NCBI RefSeq assembly: GCF_008065095.1
Contig: NZ_CP042911.1
Coordinates: 6,690,001 to 6,722,000, forward strand
From: Gemmata obscuriglobus
Lineage (GTDB): Bacteria > Planctomycetota > Planctomycetia > Gemmatales > Gemmataceae
Length of the DNA stretch: 32,000 nucleotides
Direction of reading: 5' to 3'
This document shows, one piece after another, positions 26,690 to 32,000 of the stretch. Position numbers and translations under genes: made by a program. The notes under the pieces were generated by a model. The model was not told the DNA's origin and did no database searches. It worked only from the letters and a program-made list of their open reading frames with translations. Within the stretch, counting starts at the first letter, position 1. The number at the start of each line of letters is the position of its first letter.

Positions 26690-26894
26690 CGATTCCGATC
26701 ACCGATACTCTTCACTTGGATTCGGTATTAGATCGCCGGGCTCGGCTCGCCCGGCGCATCGACTCATCAGCTACAGAACCTTGTACTTGCCGTGCCCAAT
26801 GGTAAGTCGAAACACTAGCTCGTTCGGCTGGGCCTTGGCCGTCACAAGCATCTTAGTCAACTCGGTTGAGGCTGCGCCGATCCGGGCGCACCTG

Positions 26895-27956
26895 TCACGC
26901 GCTCGGATCTGTGCCCGAAATGCCGGCATGTGACCGACGCTTGAGAGCGTTCACCTTGGCGACGATGGTGGCGCCGATGTGCTGCACCGCGAGCACCTCG
27001 ACCGCGGCCCGCTTCTCGGCCGCAGCCTTGGGCATCCCGTACACCACGCACGTCGACTCGTCCTGAGCAACCGTGTGCCAACCGGCCGCGCGAAGCTTCA
27101 ACAGCCCGGCCGCGCCGTCGTGCCCCATGCCGGTGAGCAGCGCCGCCACCCCGGGGCGCGAGACGTTGTTGACGGCGCTCGTGAACAGCACGTCCACCGA
27201 CGGCCGGTACGGCGAACTCTTGGGGTTCGGTGTGTACCGCAGGGTCCGGTCGGCGCTCAGTTCCAGGTGATCGTCGGTGGCCGCCACATAGACCGTGCCG
27301 GCGCGAACGCGTTCGCCCTCCTGAGCAACCCGAACCGGGAGCCGACACCACGCGGCGAGCTGCTGAACCAACCCTTGTGCGAAGTCGGCCCCGATGTGCT
27401 GGCTGATGAGCACCGCCGCCGCGAAATCCGCCGGGAACGCGCTGACCACGTGGGCCAGCGCCTCCGGTCCGCCGGTCGAGGCCCCGAGCAGTACGAGCGG
27501 GGGCAGGTCCGCCGGGTGCGAACTGGTGCCGGCGAGGGGCATGATCGCCGACCCGGACAGCCCGGCGAGGGCGGCTTCCAGTTTCGCAAGCCGTTCGACC
27601 AGTTTGGAAGCGTTCTGAACGGCCCCGTTCGGGTTGAGGGTGGGCGTGTCCACCGCGTCCACCGCGCCGGCGCCGAGCGCCTGGAACACCAGCGGGAAGT
27701 GGTTACTCACGCTGGCCGTCACGACCAGCACCGGGCACGGGGACCGCTGCATGATCTGGCGCGTGGCCTCGACGCCGTTGAGGCGCGGCATTACCAGATC
27801 CATCAGCACCACGTCGGGGCGGTCGCAGGCCGTCTTCGAGACGGCCTCGTCACCGTCGTCGGCGGTCCACGCGACGACGTAGCCGGGCACCGCGGTGACG
27901 ACGCGGCGGAGCGTCTCGCGGGCCACGGCCAGGTCGTTCACGATCCCAACGCGCAT
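26895..27956 (-). CDS. cheB: Chemotaxis response regulator protein-glutamate methylesterase (REC + CheB catalytic domain), WspF-like by context
   Basis: The receiver has VVLMDLVMPRLNG. The methylesterase has LLGASTGGPEAL, ISQHIG, LTGMGHDGA and ESTCVVYGMP. Confidence 0.93.
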   Translation of the reverse strand: MRVGIVNDLAVARETLRRVVTAVPGYVVAWTADDGDEAVSKTACDRPDVVLMDLVMPRLNGVEATRQIMQRSPCPVLVVTASVSNHFPLVFQALGAGAVDAVDTPTLNPNGAVQNASKLVERLAKLEAALAGLSGSAIMPLAGTSSHPADLPPLVLLGASTGGPEALAHVVSAFPADFAAAVLISQHIGADFAQGLVQQLAAWCRLPVRVAQEGERVRAGTVYVAATDDHLELSADRTLRYTPNPKSSPYRPSVDVLFTSAVNNVSRPGVAALLTGMGHDGAAGLLKLRAAGWHTVAQDESTCVVYGMPKAAAEKRAAVEVLAVQHIGATIVAKVNALKRRSHAGISGTDPSA

Positions 27957-27986
27957 CCTGTTGGTCCTTTGTTCGTCCGCTCTCCC

Positions 27987-28009
27987 CTCGCACCCGCTCC
28001 GGGTGCGAG
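27987..28009. promoter_or_regulatory. Perfect 10-bp hairpin in the 161-nt cheA-cheB spacer
   Basis: CTCGCACCCG-ctc-CGGGTGCGAG. Its function is unknown; it could be an attenuator, a processing site or a protein binding site. Confidence 0.3.
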
Positions 28010-28117
28010 AAGGTGCCCGATCAGCAAACGGGGCTCAGCCGGGCGATTCGGATCGGCCGCGGGCGTGTGCGGCCACCAGAGTGGGACGCGGCTCCGGCGT
28101 TCAATAACACCCGCGGG

Positions 28118-31051
28118 TTACGGACCGTCCGCCGCGCCGATCAGTTCAGCAACCGTCTCAATGAACCGGTTGTCGTGAAAGCTGCTCTTGGTCAGGTACG
28201 CGTTCGCACCCACCTCGAGCCCCTTGAGCCGGTCCTCTTCCCGCTCTTTATACGAAACGATAATGACCGGCAGGTCGCGCAGCCGGTCGTCGGCCCGCAC
28301 CGCCTGGACCAACTGTAGCCCGTTCATGCGGGGCATGTCGATGTCACTCACCAGGAGGTCGCACCGCTCCGCCCGGACCTTGTTCCAGCCGTCCACGCCG
28401 TCCACCGCGACCGCAACGTCGTACCCCTTGTGAAGGAGCAACTGGCGCTCCACCTCGCGAACGGTGATGGAGTCGTCAACCACCAGCACCCGCTTCTTAC
28501 GACCCGCCCCCGCGGGCCGGGTCTCGCACCGCACCAGCGACCCGGTCTGGATGAACTGGTCCATCGACCGGAACAGGTCCTCGACGTCTACGATGAGCAC
28601 CGGCGCGCCGTCGTCGAGGATGGCCGCCGCGCTCAGATTCGGCACCTTCCCGAGGCGCGGGTCGAGCGGGCGCACCACCAGATCCTGTTCGCCCCGGAAC
28701 GCGTCCACGACCAGCCCGTAAGTGCCGGTGCCGTCGCTCAGGAGCACGACCGGCACGTCGTCCCCGACGGGCGGCGGCGCGGGCATGTCCAGGAGTTGCC
28801 CCGCCACCACCAGTCCGACGTTCTGCCCGTCCACTGTAACAAACTGGCGGTGCTCGATCGAGCGGACTTCGTCGCGGCGCACCCGGATGAGGCGGTCGAT
28901 GCGCGTGTGCGGGAACGCGTAGGGCTCGCCGGCCACGTCCACCACCACCGCGCGGATCACCGACAGCGTGAGCGGCAGTTGCAGGTGGAAAGTGGTCCCC
29001 TTGCCGCGTGTGGTGGTGATGCGGACGTTTCCGCCGACTTTACGAATCGTATCGAGTACAACGTCCAGGCCGACGCCGCGGCCCGAAAACTCGGTCACGG
29101 CGGCCGCCGTGCTGAACCCGGGCAGGAACAGAAACTCGAGCAACTCGGCGTCGCTGAGTTTGACGGCCATCTCGGCGGAGTTGAGGCCGCGCTCGACGAT
29201 CTTGGCGCGGAGCCGGTTCAGGTCGACCCCGGCGCCGTTGTCGGACACGGTCACCAGGAGCATGCCGGCGCGGTGCCGGGCCTCGACGGTAACGGTCCCG
29301 GCGACCGGCTTCTCTGCGGCCCGGCGCAGGTCCGGCATTTCGAGGCCGTGATCGACGGCGTTGCGGATCAGGTGGGCGAGCGGCGCCTCGAGCTTCTCCA
29401 GGATGTCGCGGTCGACCTCGGTGCCCTCCCCCACGACGACGAGCCGGGCCTCTTTGCCGAGCGCGCGGGCGATGTCGCGGACCATGCGCGGCAGCCCGTG
29501 CAGCCCGTCGCCGAACGGGCGCATCCGGCTGACGATCACTTCGCGGTACAGCCGCGCGTTGAGGTCCTCGGCGCGGGCCGCGTGGTCGTCGAACGAGGCG
29601 GTCTGCTCGGTCAGCTCCTGGCGGCACGTGAGCCACTGCCGGCGGGTATCGGCGACGAGTTCCGCGACCTGGTCCGCGGGCGCCCCGCCGAGCGCGGCGT
29701 GGTACGTCGTGTCGATCAGCGCGGTGAGCAGGTCGTGGCGCTTCTTCATCTTGAGGAGGGCGGTGGAGAACGTCGGGAGCCACCGCGCCTGCACGAGCGA
29801 TTCGCCGGCCAGTCCCATCAGCCGGTTCAGACTTTGCGCGCTGACCCGCACCACCGGTTCGGCCACGGGCGGCGCTGGGGCAGGCGGGGGCGGCGGGGGC
29901 GACAAAGTAACGGTACGTGGCTCCCGCACCGCAATGACCGAAGAGCTTCGACCCACACTGCCGTCGGCTCTCTCCCCACCCGGGCCGATGCCGCTTGTTC
30001 GACTCGGCGGCGGAGCGATTGACTCACTCGCCGCTTGACTACCGTGTTCGGCTGGCGGTTTCGAGGGGTTCTTCTGCCCCTGCCCTACAGACGCCGCGAT
30101 GGCCCCTCGCGCCCGGTCCGCTTCCGCAGCGCGCGTCAATACGTTCGAAGCGGTAGCCAGGGCCGGGGCCGCGGACCCGATCCACTCGCTGAAGGTGTCG
30201 TCGTCGGTCGCGAGCGCCCCGGCGAGCGTCGCCGTCGTGTATTGCGCCCACTCGATCGCCCGCGCCGGAATCGGGCGCCCCGTTTCGCGTGCCGTCCGGA
30301 CGAACGCACTCATCGCAGCCGCCGCGTCCGCGACGGGAACGCATTTGACCAGCCGGGCGGCCCCGCGCAACAGCTTGAGCGCTTCCTGCACCGGTTCCGT
30401 GGCGGTCGGGTCCGAGGACAGATGCGGCAGCCCCTTTGTAATCACACGGAGGTGTTCACGGGCCTCTTCCCGGAACAGGTCGAGCATCGAGTGGTCGGTG
30501 CGGAGCGCGAACGGCTCGCCGGGAATGCCGGCCGGCTCAAAGGCCGGCGGCTCGGGAAGCTCCACCGCCAGTGAAGCTGCCGCGGGGACAGGTTTCGCCG
30601 GTTCGGCGGGCGGGGGTTCGCGCGGGGGCTCGGCGAACGTTTCGGGCCGGACGCCCTGTGCAATCGCGACGAGTGCGGGCTCCAGTGCGTCCACCAGCGG
30701 CCGGTTCGCCTCCTCCCACGCGGCGGTGGTGTTCGGGCCGAGCGCCGCCAGCCCGGCGAGCACGTCGGCCCCGCGGAGGAGGACGTCGATGTCGGCCGGG
30801 CCGAGCCGGATGCGACCGCCCTGCGCGGCGACCAGTGCGTCCTCCATGACGTGCGCGAGCCGCACCGCGGTGTCGATCCCGACGATCCGGGCCGCGCCTT
30901 TGATCGAGTGCGCGGCGCGCATCAGCTCGTCGAGCAGCACCGGGTCAGTCGGGCGCGTTTCCACCGCGACGAGCCCGGTCGCGAGTGTGTCGGCGTGCGC
31001 CTTCGCCTCGTCGCGGAACAGGTCGAACATGGACGCGTCGAGGCCGTTCAT
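28118..31051 (-). CDS. cheA: Hybrid CheA-type histidine kinase: Hpt, degenerate Hpt-like, dimerisation, HATPase, CheW-like, REC (WspE-like)
   Basis: Internal ATG 31051 (MNGLDASMFDLFRDEA...). Hpt motif AAHSIKGAARIVG. Kinase motifs HLIRNAVDHG, DNGAGVD and GRGVGLDVV. CheW-like region EPYAFP...VVRPL. C-terminal receiver VLVVDDS...LLVSDIDMPRMNG...SYKE. The start overlaps the upstream stop as ATGA. Confidence 0.93.
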   Translation of the reverse strand: MNGLDASMFDLFRDEAKAHADTLATGLVAVETRPTDPVLLDELMRAAHSIKGAARIVGIDTAVRLAHVMEDALVAAQGGRIRLGPADIDVLLRGADVLAGLAALGPNTTAAWEEANRPLVDALEPALVAIAQGVRPETFAEPPREPPPAEPAKPVPAAASLAVELPEPPAFEPAGIPGEPFALRTDHSMLDLFREEAREHLRVITKGLPHLSSDPTATEPVQEALKLLRGAARLVKCVPVADAAAAMSAFVRTARETGRPIPARAIEWAQYTTATLAGALATDDDTFSEWIGSAAPALATASNVLTRAAEADRARGAIAASVGQGQKNPSKPPAEHGSQAASESIAPPPSRTSGIGPGGERADGSVGRSSSVIAVREPRTVTLSPPPPPPAPAPPVAEPVVRVSAQSLNRLMGLAGESLVQARWLPTFSTALLKMKKRHDLLTALIDTTYHAALGGAPADQVAELVADTRRQWLTCRQELTEQTASFDDHAARAEDLNARLYREVIVSRMRPFGDGLHGLPRMVRDIARALGKEARLVVVGEGTEVDRDILEKLEAPLAHLIRNAVDHGLEMPDLRRAAEKPVAGTVTVEARHRAGMLLVTVSDNGAGVDLNRLRAKIVERGLNSAEMAVKLSDAELLEFLFLPGFSTAAAVTEFSGRGVGLDVVLDTIRKVGGNVRITTTRGKGTTFHLQLPLTLSVIRAVVVDVAGEPYAFPHTRIDRLIRVRRDEVRSIEHRQFVTVDGQNVGLVVAGQLLDMPAPPPVGDDVPVVLLSDGTGTYGLVVDAFRGEQDLVVRPLDPRLGKVPNLSAAAILDDGAPVLIVDVEDLFRSMDQFIQTGSLVRCETRPAGAGRKKRVLVVDDSITVREVERQLLLHKGYDVAVAVDGVDGWNKVRAERCDLLVSDIDMPRMNGLQLVQAVRADDRLRDLPVIIVSYKEREEDRLKGLEVGANAYLTKSSFHDNRFIETVAELIGAADGP

Positions 31052-31710
31052 CGGAGCCGCTCGCGGAGGGTTTGGAACAGGCGCGCGTCGTCCAGCATGC
31101 CGACGGACCGGTTCGCGTGCGGGAACACCCCCCGGGTCAGTTTCACCTGCGCCCGGGACAGCGTTGGGGCGGCGGAGGTGAGGTCCGGTAGCAGCACGCG
31201 GTGCACCTGGTCCACCGCGTCGGCCGCGAACACCCAGGTCTCGGACTCGCGGCGGATCACCACGAACCGCCGCAGGTCCGGGTCGCCGTCCGGGGCGGCG
31301 CCGAGGACGAGGTCCATCCGGACGCACAGGTGCAGTTCGCCGCGGATGTTCGTCACCCCGGCGAGCAGCCCGCCGCGGTGCGGGATGCGGTGAACCGGCC
31401 GCGGGCGGGTGACCTCGACGAGTACGGCCACCGGCAGCGCGAGCCACTCGTCCCCGAGCCGGAACACCAGGACGCTCGACTCGTCGCCCTCGCGCACCTC
31501 GTCGCGGAGCGCGAGCCGCGCGGTCCACTCGGCGAGGTAGCCGTCCGGCGAGGGGGCGTCGAGGAACCGGCGGCCGGCGACGGCGAACACCGGGCAGTTG
31601 TTGCAGTGCGTGACCTTCAGCAGTTCGGGACAGGTGCGGTCGCCGCGGATCCCGATGCGGTTCCAGCACTGCTCGTCCGGCGGGACCAGCTTGAGGGGCT
31701 GTGGGGTCAT
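31048..31710 (-). CDS. cheW: CheW-like coupling protein with an N-terminal four-Cys motif (WspD-like by context)
   Basis: ATG 31710 with GGAGGA 5 nt upstream. CWNRIGIRGDRTCPELLKVTHCNNCPVF is followed by a CheW domain (LVFRLGDEWLALPV..V.EV..P..VH.IPHR...L.GV.N.RGEL). ATGA overlaps occur at both ends. Confidence 0.88.
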   Translation of the reverse strand: MTPQPLKLVPPDEQCWNRIGIRGDRTCPELLKVTHCNNCPVFAVAGRRFLDAPSPDGYLAEWTARLALRDEVREGDESSVLVFRLGDEWLALPVAVLVEVTRPRPVHRIPHRGGLLAGVTNIRGELHLCVRMDLVLGAAPDGDPDLRRFVVIRRESETWVFAADAVDQVHRVLLPDLTSAAPTLSRAQVKLTRGVFPHANRSVGMLDDARLFQTLRERLR

Positions 31711-32000
31711 TGGTCCTCCCCGGGGCGGTGCTTCGCTAGCCGCTTGCGGAGGGCGTCGGCGCGGGCGGTCTGGCCGCGCCGCTCGCACAGCGTGATCATG
31801 TGGGTCACGGCTTCCCGGTGATCGGGGTCCAGGTAAAGGGCCTTGCCGAACGCATCGTAGGCCGCGTCCGTGTTGCCCGTCGCGAGTTGCACCACGCCCA
31901 ACAGCGCGAGCGCGTCGGCGTCGCCGGGGGCGGTGCGAAGGAGCGTTTCGCAGACGGCCCGGGCGTCGCCGAGGCGCCCGGCGTCGGCCAGCGCCCGGGC
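31707..32000 (-). CDS. C-terminal TPR region of a larger protein whose 5' end lies beyond the right edge; possibly a WspC/FrzF-type CheR-TPR methyltransferase
   Basis: The minus-strand frame is open to base 32000: ARALADAGRLGDARAVCETLLRTAPGDADALALLGVVQLATGNTDAAYDAFGKALYLDPDHREAV. This looks TPR-like. No methyltransferase domain is visible in the window, so CheR identity is inferred from gene order only. Confidence 0.55.
   Translation of the reverse strand, partial: ARALADAGRLGDARAVCETLLRTAPGDADALALLGVVQLATGNTDAAYDAFGKALYLDPDHREAVTHMITLCERRGQTARADALRKRLAKHRPGEDQ

Noticed and set aside
26979-30022. Plus-strand ORFs 26979..28178 and 28430..30022 (399 and 530 aa)
   Set aside because: They are antisense to cheB and cheA and have no recognisable domains.
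31052-31669. 5' extension of cheA (track 28118..31669)
   Set aside because: It overlaps the CheW-like gene in another frame and is Arg/Pro/Gly-rich. The canonical Hpt N-terminus starts at ATG 31051 with an ATGA overlap.

Overview
This is a high-G+C segment (roughly two-thirds G+C by eye, not computed) that looks like chromosome from a Gemmata-type planctomycete. Supporting markers are a DUF1559/H-X9-DG pseudopilin-like gene, two TIGR03000-type proteins, a TIGR02996-like fragment and a PVC-type CxxCH haem dehydrogenase. I support about 27 protein-coding genes. Housekeeping genes are rhlE-like helicase, prfA, rpmE (type B), rplC and metK. Signalling genes are a Trx-fold protein plus a 6-TM hybrid histidine kinase, a pseudo-receiver PP2C phosphatase, and the distal half of a Wsp-like chemosensory operon (TPR-CheR tail, Cys-motif CheW, CheA-REC, CheB). 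The rest are planctomycete-typical secreted or low-complexity proteins. I saw no rRNA, tRNA, CRISPR array, IS element or integrase. Many long ORFs in the track are antisense shadows or 5' over-extensions. One real gene at the left edge (minus strand, 1..2747) is missing from the track. I did not find a convincing new multi-gene system such as a defence, toxin or biosynthetic cluster. The least explained signals are a perfect 34-bp-stem palindrome (15114..15189), a ~150-nt near-perfect hairpin element (24003..24152), and a shared CA-rich CACCCGAA(A)CACC leader directly in front of three start codons. Also unexplained are a Trx-fold/6-TM hybrid kinase pair and the Cys/His/Gly/Tyr-rich TIGR03000 proteins. 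All family assignments come from motif recognition by eye and need HMM or BLAST confirmation.
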